DNA of 32,000 nt from Candidatus Kuenenia stuttgartensis (lineage in GTDB: Bacteria; Planctomycetota; Brocadiia; Brocadiales; Brocadiaceae), in the NCBI RefSeq assembly GCF_900232105.1, contig NZ_LT934425.1, positions 2,700,001 to 2,732,000 on the forward strand. The letters are read 5' to 3'. The notes below the pieces were generated by a model. It did no database searches. It was given only the letters and a program-made list of their open reading frames with translations, and had not been told where the DNA came from. Below, piece after piece: positions 8,711 to 22,399 of the stretch. Position 1 is the first letter of the stretch. Each line of letters begins with the position of its first letter. The position numbers and the translations under genes are program-made.

Positions 8711-9339
8711 ATCCCTGTTCCCCCTGAGTTGAACTGACGCACCGCTTCTTCCGAATGTTCATGAATGCACAATGTGGATAATATGTTAAAAGGCAAGGTC
8801 AGATGGTCGGCGCCGCAAAGAAGCGAGCTGCTTGCTTCTTCAGAAGATTTGATGCTTGCCGCCAGAATTTCCGTGGTGCTACCGTGAAGTATCTTTGACA
8901 TTGCATTCAGAAGCGCAAGCCCGTCTCCTATCAACTTTGTTGCGCGGTTAACATACACCGCAATGTATTGTGCGCCTGCCTCACTTGCCACTAATGCCTG
9001 TGATACGCTGTATAGTGCAGTTACGCAACAGGGTATTTCTTTTGAAAGAGAATAAACTGCCTGAAACCCGGCGGCAACCGGAGGGATTTTCAGTACAAGC
9101 TGGTCGCCTGCAATCTCTTTTGCCATACGGGCTTCCTTATGCATGTCTTTACTATTAGATGAAATAAGCTGATAAAACAGCTTTCCCATATTGAGTTCTG
9201 CAAGTTGTGCTAATACGGATTCAGCCTTCCTGCCTGCTCCGGCAAGGAGCAAGGGATTTGTCGTAATTCCTTTAACCCATCCGAAATCCTTTGCTATCTT
9301 TGCTTCTTCCGGAGTGGCGGTATCTATAAATATTGACAT
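8692..9339 (-). CDS. Transaldolase / fructose-6-phosphate aldolase-like protein
   Basis: 215 aa 'MSIFIDTATPEEAKIAKDFGWVKGITTNPLLLAGAGR...LVLKIPP...GADHLTLPFNIL', the TalC/Fsa-type short transaldolase pattern. Confidence 0.93.
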   Translation of the reverse strand: MSIFIDTATPEEAKIAKDFGWVKGITTNPLLLAGAGRKAESVLAQLAELNMGKLFYQLISSNSKDMHKEARMAKEIAGDQLVLKIPPVAAGFQAVYSLSKEIPCCVTALYSVSQALVASEAGAQYIAVYVNRATKLIGDGLALLNAMSKILHGSTTEILAASIKSSEEASSSLLCGADHLTLPFNILSTLCIHEHSEEAVRQFNSGGTGIQIEVK

Positions 9340-9728
9340 AAATGATGTATATTAAAAACTGGGAACCCAAGGCTGGCATAGCCAGAACCAAACAAGTGCG
9401 AGATAAAAAATACGAAGCACGAAATACGAAACAAATTCCCAAATCCTCCCCCTTGCCAGCTCCAAAGGGGGAGAATGTCCCCCGCTGGCGGGGGTGCAGG
9501 GGGTGGATTCGTATTTAGCATTTCGTATTTCACCATTAAATATTTTGCCAAAAAATGCAAAGAAATTACTGCTAAGGTACTAAAAAGGGGGGCTGAATCA
9601 TGGATTATTCACGTTACAATTCAAATCATTGTAAAATCACTGCCTATCAGATACAATGCCATATCATACCTTTTATACACTGTTGTGTAAACAATCACAT
9701 AATTTTTTAATTTCTTTCACTGCCCACT

Positions 9729-12560
9729 ATGTTTTGTACAATGCCAGCAGATTGTCTAAAATCTTCTTCTGAAATCCGTCAGTGGTATGAAGAGAAGTAT
9801 TACTCTCTTTCTATTGCAGGTCTTTGGTTAAAAGGCGGGGAGCCTAATACTATGTCCCCAGCCCTGTTTTCTGAATCTGAAGTGCGATTTCTTATATGCC
9901 GCCTGTCAACATACCGCGATGTGTCTGCTTCTATCTCCCACGCATTGATAGCGCAAATAGCACAGGAAACCGAAGGGGTCTTTACCGACTTTGCCTTTCT
10001 TCCGCCTCCCAAAGACCTGAAAATAATGATCGATGCAAAAATTCCACTTTGGGTGGGAACCACCACAAAGGAGCCGCCTTGTGCTTTTGACGTCATTGGT
10101 ATAAGCAACTCCTTTGTGCTGGAAATGCTTAATTTGCCCAAATTATTGCTCTTTTCAGGCATACCCCTTTATAAAAGCGAGCGCATTGATCAAAATACTA
10201 TTCCTCTGATTGTGCTGGGAGGCGCTAATGCTGCTGTTACCCAAACACTACACGGAACGGTGAATGAACAGGGCGGTAAAAATCATTACGGACTTGTGGA
10301 TGCTGTGTTTATTGGCGAAGGAGAGTACGCCGTAAAACAATTCCTTGAAATAGTAAAACAAGGAAAGGCACTTGGCTGGACAAAGGCAAGGATATTAAAG
10401 GAATGCCACGGCAAAGTAGACGGGTTTTATGAACCCGATAAATATGAACACCGCTATAAAACAATTGTACAAAACAATCTATCGGCACAGGAATTATCGG
10501 AAATTGCCCCGAAGGCGCCTTACGTATCCTGTCCGGTAAAGAGCGCCATAGTATATGACCTTGATCAAACACGGACGCTGGAATCAGGCCCGATATGGTA
10601 TGACCCTGAAAATTTGGGCAGCGGTAGTATACAAATCAGCAATGGATGCCCATGTTTTTGCTCGTTCTGTGCGGAAAGCTGGGAGCGGAAACCGTACAGG
10701 GAAAGATCGCTGGCAAAATTGTCAGAAAGTATGAAAAAGGCAAAGGCGCTTCAGGGGCTGGATACCATAAACCTCATGAGTTTTAACTTTAATACCCACA
10801 CGGAACTCTATCCCATGATCCTGTCGTTTTACCGGGAAATCACCAATGTAAATCTGAAAAGCCAGCGCTTCGACCTCCTCTCTACAGATAAATTCCTCGC
10901 AGAGGTGCAAAGAATCATTGGCAAGACTACGGTAAGCTGTGGTATGGAAGGCATCAGTGAACGATTGCGCCGTTACCTGCATAAGAATCTTACCGAAGAC
11001 CAAATATATACTGCCTGTGAATATTTATTCGAAAATGGTATGCGGGAACTCAAGATTTTTTTGATTTACACAGGACTTGAAAACAAAGAAGATCTTGAGG
11101 AATTCAGCAGATTTGTGGAAAGCCTCGCCGATTTAAAAAACCTCTCTCATTGCAAAACAAGGGTTATTTTCAGCCTGACGCGTTTGTACTATCCGCCACA
11201 CACTCCACTCCAATTCGATATTTGCAAGACAGCGCTTGAGGAAAATAAAAAGATATTTATTGCAATAGAAAATATATGCAAAGTCAACGCTATGGAATTT
11301 CGTGAAAGCGCCTCCCATGAAGATACCTGGCTGATGCAGCTCCTGGCAATGGGTGATCGCAGATTAACCCCCGCCCTTATACGTTCATCGATTGCCGATG
11401 ATTTTATTTATTACAATACGGTTCCCAAACAAGTGAAAAAGAACTGGAAAATATATTTAGAGGAGTCAGGTCTTTCAGAAAATGACTTTTTTCAAAAAAA
11501 GAGCGAAGAGCGGATACTCCCCTGGGATGAAATTGATACAGGCATTACTAAACATTTTTTATGGAAAGAATACGAACGTTCCATAAATTTTACCGAACAG
11601 GATTACTGTTTAGGCAGGGAGGGTATTGAAGTAAATTGTACTGGCTGCGGCGCATGCCCAACGGCAACTCATAAAAAAAGCCTGACCCAACACACCACTT
11701 TTCCTCCCTTTTTGCGGGAAGATATTAAACATGTTGCCGACGGCAAAAAAAATCAGATTACACTGCGGGTTATTGCCGAAATCGACCCTGTCCTGCGTTT
11801 AATCCCGAAACGTTTTATAGGGGTAGCTATTGCGCGTTCTCTTATGATGGCGCTGCCCCACATTACCCCTTATTATTACGCCTTATCAGGGTATATAGGA
11901 GAATTTATAGATGGAAAACCGGCGGTAGATTTTGCTTATGGCATAAATATCTATCACCTTTCTTTCCTTTCAAATGCCATCACAGAAGAAGCATTACAAC
12001 GGGAAACGCTCGCCGGGAAAATTGCCGGTATACAAAAATATTGTTCCGGCTTCAGCATACATGAACTCATACCTGAACCAACAGACAAATCAGACGTAAA
12101 ATTCATACTTTACAAAATGCAATTTCCACCGGATATTTCGGAGTCCCTTATTGAACAAACATTGGGGAAATACCTTCATGACACCTATGTAAAACATACC
12201 TTATTGAAAAGAGGCGGCGGCATTATATTTAAAGTAAATGAAAAGAGTAAAAAAAAGGCGTCTGTTATTTATGCCAGAATTGATGCATCCACAGCGGGGC
12301 ATGAAAACGGATTCCAACTCATCATGCTCGTAACACAACGCTTTGATTTCAGATCGTTTCTTGCGGCATGCTATGGGTTTGAAAGAAGGAGGGAAATCAT
12401 TCGTACAAAGATTGAAGCGTTAGGATATTACCGTAGAAAAATTGATCTAATAGAAAACAAGAAATGCGTGGTATGCAACAGTTTTATACATGAAGACACC
12501 TTTGCAGGTAAATCAGCGAAAGAAAATCAGTGTCTTGTTTGCAGTATAGATGCGGATTAA
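9729..12560 (+). CDS. Large radical SAM protein with N-terminal B12-binding-like region and C-terminal cysteine motifs
   Basis: 943 aa: 'VDAVFIGEGEYAVKQFLEI', 'GSGSIQISNGCPCFCSFCAESWERKPYRERS' (CxxxCxxC), later 'GIEVNCTGCGACPTATHKK' and C-terminal 'CVVCNSFIHEDTFAGKSAKENQCLVC'. Confidence 0.85.
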   Translation: MFCTMPADCLKSSSEIRQWYEEKYYSLSIAGLWLKGGEPNTMSPALFSESEVRFLICRLSTYRDVSASISHALIAQIAQETEGVFTDFAFLPPPKDLKIMIDAKIPLWVGTTTKEPPCAFDVIGISNSFVLEMLNLPKLLLFSGIPLYKSERIDQNTIPLIVLGGANAAVTQTLHGTVNEQGGKNHYGLVDAVFIGEGEYAVKQFLEIVKQGKALGWTKARILKECHGKVDGFYEPDKYEHRYKTIVQNNLSAQELSEIAPKAPYVSCPVKSAIVYDLDQTRTLESGPIWYDPENLGSGSIQISNGCPCFCSFCAESWERKPYRERSLAKLSESMKKAKALQGLDTINLMSFNFNTHTELYPMILSFYREITNVNLKSQRFDLLSTDKFLAEVQRIIGKTTVSCGMEGISERLRRYLHKNLTEDQIYTACEYLFENGMRELKIFLIYTGLENKEDLEEFSRFVESLADLKNLSHCKTRVIFSLTRLYYPPHTPLQFDICKTALEENKKIFIAIENICKVNAMEFRESASHEDTWLMQLLAMGDRRLTPALIRSSIADDFIYYNTVPKQVKKNWKIYLEESGLSENDFFQKKSEERILPWDEIDTGITKHFLWKEYERSINFTEQDYCLGREGIEVNCTGCGACPTATHKKSLTQHTTFPPFLREDIKHVADGKKNQITLRVIAEIDPVLRLIPKRFIGVAIARSLMMALPHITPYYYALSGYIGEFIDGKPAVDFAYGINIYHLSFLSNAITEEALQRETLAGKIAGIQKYCSGFSIHELIPEPTDKSDVKFILYKMQFPPDISESLIEQTLGKYLHDTYVKHTLLKRGGGIIFKVNEKSKKKASVIYARIDASTAGHENGFQLIMLVTQRFDFRSFLAACYGFERRREIIRTKIEALGYYRRKIDLIENKKCVVCNSFIHEDTFAGKSAKENQCLVCSIDAD

Positions 12561-12667
12561 ATGCCGCCTAATGAAAAATAATTACCTTGGGTTTTAAGGT
12601 ACTATGTTTGTAACTACACAGAGGGGGACGTTCAGTTGTTCTTATATATATCGGGGCGGGAAAATTG

Positions 12668-13930
12668 TCACGCCGTTTTCTTTAATTCCTGGGCAATCAA
12701 AGGTATCTTGCCATTCACAACGTCAGGGGTAACTAAAAAGGTTGAACCATTTTTACAGTCAGGCAAGTGATACATAGGATCTAACATAAAACTTTCAAAT
12801 ACAGAACGTAATGCCCTTGCGCCAGTTTCTTTTTTCAGCGCTATTTTACTAATTGCCATCAGTGCCTCATCGGTAAATTCCAGTTTAGCATTTTCCATTT
12901 CAAAGAATTTTTGGTATTGCTTTACCAATGCATTCTTCGGCTCAGTCATTACCTTGATCATATCCTGTTCCGTAAGCGGCAATAATGATACAATTACCGG
13001 CAATCTCCCCATAAACTCCACAATCATGCCGTATTCAATAAGGTCTTCAACTTCAACCTTATTCAGAAGAGCGCCCAGGGATGTATCATTATCGGAGGTT
13101 TCGTGAGTACTTTTTTTTGTATCAAATCCAATACTCGCCTTGCCAATCCTCCTCTTAATAATCTCATTAACGCCGCTAAAAGTTCCGCCGCAAATAAAGA
13201 GGATGTTTTTTGTGTCTATCTGTATATATTTTTGCTCCGGATGTTTTCTTCCCCCCTGGGGAGGGACATTCGATACCACACCTTCCAAAATCTTTAATAA
13301 TGCCTGCTGTACCCCTTCACCTGAAACATCCCGGGTAATGGAACTGCTTGCATTCTTTCTTGCGATTTTATCTATTTCGTCTATGTAAATAATTCCCTGC
13401 TGTGCGCGCTTTACATCAAAATCCGCATTTCTTAACAAACCCAGCAAAATATTTTCTACGTCTTCTCCAACGTATCCTGCTTCTGTCAGAGTTGTTGCAT
13501 CTGCAATAGCAAAAGGAACATTGAGCAGTTTCGCGAGTGTGCGGGCTAAAAGCGTCTTGCCGGAACCTGTAGGGCCAATTAACAGGATATTGCTTTTTTC
13601 TATTTCAACCTCATCATCCTTGCCTCTGTTGCTTGTTAGCAATCGTTTATAATGATTATATACAGCAACGGCAAGTGTTCTTTTTGCCTTTTCTTGTCCT
13701 ATGATGTATTCGTTTAATTTATCATTTATTTCCATCGGAGTAAGAATTTTGCCCGCCGGCCTAACATCGGCGACGGAGGCATGCTCTTTCTTAAACAACA
13801 TGTAGCATGTGTCAACACATTCATTACAAATAAAACTGTTCGCATTCCCCTGTATCAATCGCCCTATGGCTTCACGATTTCTACCACAAAAGGAACAGGT
13901 CATTTTATTATCAGCGGTCTTTTTTGCCAC
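12668..13930 (-). CDS. clpX: ATP-dependent Clp protease ATP-binding subunit ClpX
   Basis: 420 aa with N-terminal Zn finger CSFCGR...CNECVDTC, Walker A GPTGSGKT, '[13 protein letters not shown]', '[11 protein letters not shown]' and 'GRLPVIVSL'. Confidence 0.98.
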   Translation of the reverse strand: MAKKTADNKMTCSFCGRNREAIGRLIQGNANSFICNECVDTCYMLFKKEHASVADVRPAGKILTPMEINDKLNEYIIGQEKAKRTLAVAVYNHYKRLLTSNRGKDDEVEIEKSNILLIGPTGSGKTLLARTLAKLLNVPFAIADATTLTEAGYVGEDVENILLGLLRNADFDVKRAQQGIIYIDEIDKIARKNASSSITRDVSGEGVQQALLKILEGVVSNVPPQGGRKHPEQKYIQIDTKNILFICGGTFSGVNEIIKRRIGKASIGFDTKKSTHETSDNDTSLGALLNKVEVEDLIEYGMIVEFMGRLPVIVSLLPLTEQDMIKVMTEPKNALVKQYQKFFEMENAKLEFTDEALMAISKIALKKETGARALRSVFESFMLDPMYHLPDCKNGSTFLVTPDVVNGKIPLIAQELKKTA

Positions 13931-14309
13931 TTTAAAGCTTCTCCATAAAACGAAAAAGGTATATATGATACATAACGCAACTAAGCTGCAATCAGAAGGA
14001 GTTTTACCACGAAGAGTACGAATGGCGCGAAGAAAAACTTATAAAAAAAGTAGTTTTGTCGGGTAATACTATGAATGGTGAATGTAACAAACAATCAAAA
14101 AAGATGCAAATTTATTTTAATGGGTTAGTGGGAGAGATATCGTAACAGAAGGTGTTTATGGTTAAAGAATTCTTATTCCCCCACTTTTTTTGGCATTAGA
14201 TTATGATAAGGATTTGACCTTGACAAGATATTTTAATTGAAGTAGATTCATTTTAGGATTTATCATTAACTAAAACTTCTCATTATTTTTGATTGTTGCG
14301 GGATTTGAA

Positions 14310-14897
14310 ATGGGCGACTCTGATAAAATTGTTGACAGGCGACAGTTCTTTAAAGACTTATTTTATTATGTTGGCAACAAAGCCGCAGATTATACAAGCA
14401 AAAAAATCGACCGGATAATGCCAAAAGGGGATTATTTGCGTCCTCCAGGAGCAATAGAAGAAACGGAATTTCTCTCATTATGCACCCGTTGTGATGAGTG
14501 CATAATGGTTTGTCCCGCAAAGGCCATTAAGCGATACGAAGGGTTCATGGATGTGGCGATTGGCACTCCCGTTATAAAACCAAAGGAAAGTCCGTGTGTA
14601 TTATGTAACGGGTTATTGTGTATTGAGGCGTGCAAAGACGGCGCATTAAAGCCCGTCGATACTGTTACTCAGGTAAAAATGGGGATTGCACGTATCAATA
14701 AGTCACAATGCTTTGCATGGGACGACCAGGATTGTCACCTGTGTTATATTAAGTGTCCTTTACAGGATGAAGCCTTGTATCAGGAAGACGGCAAACCGGT
14801 AATTAACGAAGAAAAATGTGTCGGTTGTGGTATTTGCGAATACGTATGCAGTACGATAAACAGTACGTGTGCAATCAAGACGCTTCCGCAGGGTTAA
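14310..14897 (+). CDS. 4Fe-4S ferredoxin-type protein (NapG/MauM-like)
   Basis: ORF 14289..14897, with the ATG at 14310 as a likely start. Cys clusters CTRCDECIMVCP, CVLCNGLLCIEAC, CHLCYIKCP and CVGCGICEYVC. Confidence 0.88.
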   Translation: MGDSDKIVDRRQFFKDLFYYVGNKAADYTSKKIDRIMPKGDYLRPPGAIEETEFLSLCTRCDECIMVCPAKAIKRYEGFMDVAIGTPVIKPKESPCVLCNGLLCIEACKDGALKPVDTVTQVKMGIARINKSQCFAWDDQDCHLCYIKCPLQDEALYQEDGKPVINEEKCVGCGICEYVCSTINSTCAIKTLPQG

Positions 14898-15050
14898 CGT
14901 CCGTAAAAAATATCATACCATTAACACACACTATGTTAGAAAAATGCGGAGAAAGATGCGGTATTTTTCTTTATTGGAACAGGTAATTTTTTCATCTCAC
15001 ACCAACAAATACGTTGTGCCATTTTTGGCGTCAGCGATTAGAACAAACTT

Positions 15051-16019
15051 ATGAAAGGGGTAATGATGTCTGACTGTAAGATACCGTTTACTTGTGAACT
15101 TTGTGATAAACAGTCTTCCTGCCAATTAGACCATATAGAACACAATAAGTGGGCAATCGCCCAACGCATGAAGGAGATTACCTACAAAATCGTTGTAATA
15201 AGTAATAAGGGCGGTGTGGGAAAAAGCACCGTCACTACAAATCTTGGCGTGACATTGGCTTTGAAGGGATACAAGGTAGGCGTTGCCGACGCGGATATAC
15301 ACGGGCCAAATATACCCATGATGCTGGGAGTAGAGGGACAAAGACTTAAGGGGACAGAAGAAGGCATACTACCGTTAGAAGTGCTCCCAAATTTAAAGAT
15401 TGCCTCTCTTTCCTTTCTCATCGAAGATCCCGCGCTTCCCATAATATGGAGAGATGCCGCAAAGTGGGATTTTTTATGTGAATTAATGGGAAGTATCTGT
15501 TGGGGAAAACTTGATTATCTGCTGGTTGATTTACCGCCTGGCACAGGCAACGAGGCCATTTCAATCATTGAACTTATTGGCAAAGTGGATGGTTCTGTTA
15601 TTGTCACTACGCCCCAGGATGTAGTTTTGCTTGATGTAAAGAAATCGGTTTATTTCTCAAGAGACAGCAATGTGCCGGTCATTGGCGTGGTAGAGAACAT
15701 GAGTGATTTAGTATGTCCCCACTGCAAAGGGCACATAGAAGTGTTTAAAACGGGAGGCGGCGAAAAGATTTGCAAAGAATTAGGATTGACATTTCTTGGC
15801 AAGATACCGTTGGATCCTGAAGTCACAAAGAAATGTGATGATGGCGAGGCATTTGTAACTGCTTTTCCTGATTCGGAAGGAGCAAAGGCCTTTAGCGAGA
15901 TAAGCAAAAAGTGTGAAGTATTTGTCAGAAAACAAACAGAAGAAAACACGGAAATAAGAGAATACAGGGAAGTCCCTTTTTTGGGTAAAGTACCTGTAGA
16001 CCCTAACTTTGTTGAATAA
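15051..16019 (+). CDS. Mrp/NBP35 family P-loop ATPase (Fe-S cluster carrier)
   Basis: 322 aa 'VVISNKGGVGKSTVTTNLGVTLALKGYKVGVADADIHGPNIPMMLGVEG...LLVDLPPGTGNEAISI'. N-terminal cysteines CKIPFTCELCDKQSSC. Confidence 0.94.
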   Translation: MKGVMMSDCKIPFTCELCDKQSSCQLDHIEHNKWAIAQRMKEITYKIVVISNKGGVGKSTVTTNLGVTLALKGYKVGVADADIHGPNIPMMLGVEGQRLKGTEEGILPLEVLPNLKIASLSFLIEDPALPIIWRDAAKWDFLCELMGSICWGKLDYLLVDLPPGTGNEAISIIELIGKVDGSVIVTTPQDVVLLDVKKSVYFSRDSNVPVIGVVENMSDLVCPHCKGHIEVFKTGGGEKICKELGLTFLGKIPLDPEVTKKCDDGEAFVTAFPDSEGAKAFSEISKKCEVFVRKQTEENTEIREYREVPFLGKVPVDPNFVE

Positions 16020-16308
16020 GGAATGCTGTCTGAGTAGTTGTTTATAATGACTCCGCCCATACTATTCAAATAATAAGCGTATTCCTCACAAAACATACTC
16101 CGCTAACAACTGCCCGCCGCAAAATAATGTTACCCTCCCGCTGATTTTAACCAGGATAACGTAGGAGGGGTTTCTTGCCCGACTTTCAGGATTAACGTGT
16201 TGCAAAAAACAGGTGTTTTTTCATATTTTTCTCCCGATCCATCTGAGCGTCACGATCATAAAAAGAGAGAGAGATAACGGATATTTTAAAACAAAAAAGA
16301 GACCTCTT

Positions 16309-19300
16309 ATGTTTCGTTCTATCAGAATAAAATTAATATTTTTCTTCCTGCTGGCTGTCCTTACTCCATTGTTGGTGATGCGTCTTATCGCTTATCCCAC
16401 TGCACGAAAAGCTATCCATGAAACGACCATTAATAATTTACAACTGATTACCTCTAAAAAAGCTTTTCTGTTGAATGACCGGTTAAAAAAAATACGGCGA
16501 GATGCGGAACATCTCGCAAAAAACCCTTTTATGGCTGCTGCTGTTTGTTTAGCAAAAGCAGATAACACTACCACCACACGATTCGTTTCTCTCCTATCCA
16601 CGGAAAACAATTTACATGAATTTATTATCAGTGACATTGACGGTAATATTTGTGTGTCAACTGACGGTAGCATTATAGGGTTAAACATTGCCGGCAGTAA
16701 GGGTTTTCTCCAGGCAGGGGGTGGTGAAATATGTTTTTCAGAAACACCTCCTATAACTACATTTGATACACTTGAAGCACAAAACTGGCAGGCAATTTTT
16801 AACACATTATATGCCTACATACCAATAAAAGAAAATGGGCATATAGTGGGTATAGTAGTATTAAAATCAGACCTCTCTTTCCTCAGTAAAGAGATATTAG
16901 AAATACCACATGGAGATAATTACGCAGTACACATTATCAATAGGGAAGGGCAATTTATTGCCGGATTGGCTCCTGGAAAACTCCTCCACACTACAGGAAA
17001 TTTTGCCAAAGAAATGCCACTAAAAACCCTCCTGACAGAACCGGGAACAAACCAATTTACCAGGAGTGTAAAAGCATGTTTAGCCGGCGCTAATGGATAT
17101 GACATGATTGGTTATGTTAATAACGCCGGAAAAACCGTACTGGGGGCATGGCATTGGGTTCCCGAACTGCAGTGGGGTATTATTGTCGAAGTTGACGCAG
17201 ATAAAATATCTCTCGTTATGAATGAACTTAAGAATTCTATATCAAAAATACTTTCTTATTTGACCGTTGCAGGCATTATTATGGCGATATCGGGGATCGC
17301 ATTTGCTTTTATAACCGGCCAAAAAATAGGCACCCCCATTCTTACCTTAACAAAAGCAACTCGTAAAATGTCTGCCGGAGATTTTTCGCAACGCGTGGAA
17401 ATAAACACACGGGATGAAATACAGGAACTGGGAGATGCGTTTAATGTCATGTCAGCATCCGTTCAGGGAAAAACAACAGCACTGGAAGAGGCGACAAATT
17501 TCTTAAAAAGCATTCTGGTCAGTTCTACGGAACATTCAATCATTGCAAGTGATCTTTGTGGAAATATTCTGGAATTTAACGAAGGCGCAACAAGAATGTT
17601 TCAATATGCGCCGGAACAAATGATAAACAAATCAAATATAAAAATGTTATACACCAGAGAAGAAATACTGTCCGGAAAATTTCAAAAAATACTTAAATCT
17701 GCATTATTTACCGGCAGCTACAAAGATGAAATGAAACTGGTGCGTAAAGATGGAAAAACATTTACCGGATATACAACCATCACCAGGAGGAATTCTTTCA
17801 GCGGCTCACCAACAGGTTACGTAATAATCATAAGGGATATTACCGAACAAAAGTTACTGGAAGAAGAGGTCAATAATTATACGGTTCACCTTGAAAGAAT
17901 TATCGAAGAAAGAACACATAAATTAATCATCTCTGAAGAAAAATATAAACGTTTGTTCGAATCAAGCAAAGACGTCGTTTTTTTCTGTGATATAAATTGT
18001 CAGTTTGTCGATATTAATCAGGCCGGCATTGAATTGTTTGGTTATGACACAAAGAATGATATTTTACAACTCAACCTGATTCATCATTTATTTTACAAAG
18101 CGTCAGAAGGTAAAATAATAAAAGAAACCATAAACAAAAACGGTTATGTAAAGGATTTCGAAATAGCGTTAAAAAGAAAGGACGGCAGCAAAATTCCCTG
18201 TATGATGACCGGCAGCCTGAGAAGGGATATGCGGAACAACATCATTGGCTACGAAGGTATTATTATAGACCTGACTGAGTGGAAGAAGATTGAGCAGGAA
18301 AAAGATATCCTGAATAATATAAATAAAATATTAGCCTCAAGACTGGATATCAGAGAGGTTTATAAGTCCCTCAGCGAAGAATTTCACAAAGTAATTGCTT
18401 TTGACCGCTTAAGCATTGCATTGCTTGATGAAAAGAGGGTTGAATTTTTGACTTTCGCCGTTTCGAAAGATTATCGTTTTTCTGAATTGGAAGAGGGGGT
18501 GCAGTATTCTAAACAGGGTACACTGGCGGGAAAGGTGGTGGAAGACGGTGAGTTTTTTGTCGTTCACGATACTTCCAGAGGCCCGTTTTCAACAGACCCT
18601 ATTTTATCAAAGGAAGGTATTAAATCCCGCCTGTCGGTCCCTTTAATTTGCAAGGGAGAAATCATAGGAAGCCTTAATTTCGGAAGCAAAAAGGTAAACA
18701 ATTTTACAGAAGCACACGTGGATGTTATTAATAAGATTGTTCCGCAGCTAGCTATTGCAATTGACAATACACGCCTATTTGATAGAATCAAATACTCTGA
18801 GGAAAAATACAGAAATCTGGTAGAAGATATAGAAGACATCATCTTCCGTCTTGATAAAAACGGAAGGTTTATGTTCCTCAACAATGCATTAAAAAATGTA
18901 ACGGGATACCTCCCCCAGGAGTTTTATGATGCACCTTCTTTAGCATTTAAAATAATCCACAAGGATGATGTTGCATTGGTTAAGCATATAACAAAAGAAA
19001 TCATTGGCGGCAGAACAAAGGTATTTAAGGGTCTGGAATACAGGGTTTATTGCAAAAACGGCAAAGAACTCTGGTTTTCTCAAAACACATATCCTATAAA
19101 AAATAAGAACGGATGTGTGATCGGTGTTGAAGGCATTATACAAGACATTACTGAAAAAAAGAAAATAGAAGAGCAAATACGCCGTTCAGAGCGGCTGGCG
19201 TCCATTGGCGAATTGGCGGCTTCCATTGCCCATGAAATAAGGAATCCGCTCGGAGCAATATCAAATTCCGTCTGCATGCTGAAGAGAGATTTGGTTCTTA

Positions 19301-19890
19301 GCGACGATGATAAAAACCTGTTCAATATGGTTGTTGAAGAGACCGAGTGGCTGAATAATATAATTTCCAATTTCCTTACCTTTGCGCATCCCGCCGAATA
19401 CCATTTTACCAAAAGTGACATTGCAAAAATGGTTGAGGAGACATTAATTCTTTTGAAAAAAGACGCCAGGTTCAACGGGAATATCAGGATTAAAAAGAAC
19501 TATAGCAAAGCCCTTCCAAAGATATTTCTGGATAGAATCTGGATAAAAAAGGTATTCTGGAATTTATTGATAAACTCTATAGACGCCATGCCAAATGGAG
19601 GTGAAATCTCCATTAGCCTGAAAAAAACCGGAGTCCCGAATGATGATAAAATAGAAATTATCATTTCCGATTCAGGTATCGGCATACCGCCGGAAAGAAT
19701 TAAAAAGATCTTTGAGCCTTTTTTTACCACAAAAAAATCAAGAGGCACCGGATTAGGGCTCTCCATCGTACACCGCATTTTAGACAATCATGACGGTACG
19801 ATCGATGTAAAAAGCATACAAAACAGGGGTACAATATTTACAATCAGGCTACCGTTAAACAATAAGAAATCCCGCACCGTTTCCGTTTGA
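16309..19890 (+). CDS. Membrane sensor histidine kinase (Cache-like/HAMP/PAS/PAS/GAF/PAS/HisKA/HATPase)
   Basis: ORF 16213..19890, with the ATG at 16309 giving 'MFRSIRIKLIFFFLLAVLTPLLVM'. HAMP 'IGTPILTLTKATRKMSAGDFSQRVEI', H-box 'ASIAHEIRNPLGAISNSV' and G-box 'GTGLGLSIVHRI'. Confidence 0.95.
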   Translation: MFRSIRIKLIFFFLLAVLTPLLVMRLIAYPTARKAIHETTINNLQLITSKKAFLLNDRLKKIRRDAEHLAKNPFMAAAVCLAKADNTTTTRFVSLLSTENNLHEFIISDIDGNICVSTDGSIIGLNIAGSKGFLQAGGGEICFSETPPITTFDTLEAQNWQAIFNTLYAYIPIKENGHIVGIVVLKSDLSFLSKEILEIPHGDNYAVHIINREGQFIAGLAPGKLLHTTGNFAKEMPLKTLLTEPGTNQFTRSVKACLAGANGYDMIGYVNNAGKTVLGAWHWVPELQWGIIVEVDADKISLVMNELKNSISKILSYLTVAGIIMAISGIAFAFITGQKIGTPILTLTKATRKMSAGDFSQRVEINTRDEIQELGDAFNVMSASVQGKTTALEEATNFLKSILVSSTEHSIIASDLCGNILEFNEGATRMFQYAPEQMINKSNIKMLYTREEILSGKFQKILKSALFTGSYKDEMKLVRKDGKTFTGYTTITRRNSFSGSPTGYVIIIRDITEQKLLEEEVNNYTVHLERIIEERTHKLIISEEKYKRLFESSKDVVFFCDINCQFVDINQAGIELFGYDTKNDILQLNLIHHLFYKASEGKIIKETINKNGYVKDFEIALKRKDGSKIPCMMTGSLRRDMRNNIIGYEGIIIDLTEWKKIEQEKDILNNINKILASRLDIREVYKSLSEEFHKVIAFDRLSIALLDEKRVEFLTFAVSKDYRFSELEEGVQYSKQGTLAGKVVEDGEFFVVHDTSRGPFSTDPILSKEGIKSRLSVPLICKGEIIGSLNFGSKKVNNFTEAHVDVINKIVPQLAIAIDNTRLFDRIKYSEEKYRNLVEDIEDIIFRLDKNGRFMFLNNALKNVTGYLPQEFYDAPSLAFKIIHKDDVALVKHITKEIIGGRTKVFKGLEYRVYCKNGKELWFSQNTYPIKNKNGCVIGVEGIIQDITEKKKIEEQIRRSERLASIGELAASIAHEIRNPLGAISNSVCMLKRDLVLSDDDKNLFNMVVEETEWLNNIISNFLTFAHPAEYHFTKSDIAKMVEETLILLKKDARFNGNIRIKKNYSKALPKIFLDRIWIKKVFWNLLINSIDAMPNGGEISISLKKTGVPNDDKIEIIISDSGIGIPPERIKKIFEPFFTTKKSRGTGLGLSIVHRILDNHDGTIDVKSIQNRGTIFTIRLPLNNKKSRTVSV

Positions 19891-19904
19891 GGTTTTTAAA
19901 AATT

Positions 19905-22270
<2,366 letters not shown>

Positions 22271-22399
22271 GAGTAGAGTAGTATCCCCCCCAACTCAACT
22301 CAACGGGAGCATTCCCGATTTTTTGTAAAAATGCCATTAGCAGGGGGGAGGGGAAGAATAGTAACTCAAGCTTCCAGCTTGAGGGTAAAATACCACAAG

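Noticed and set aside
9324-9690. Short ORFs (78 aa and 71 aa) after the transaldolase gene
   Set aside because: They overlap the proline/glycine-rich translation of the CCCCCGCTGGCGGGGG repeat and have no family features.
17256-19787. Multiple antisense ORFs inside the histidine kinase gene
   Set aside because: The sense frame has full domain coverage. Antisense ORFs are expected shadows of a long coding sequence.
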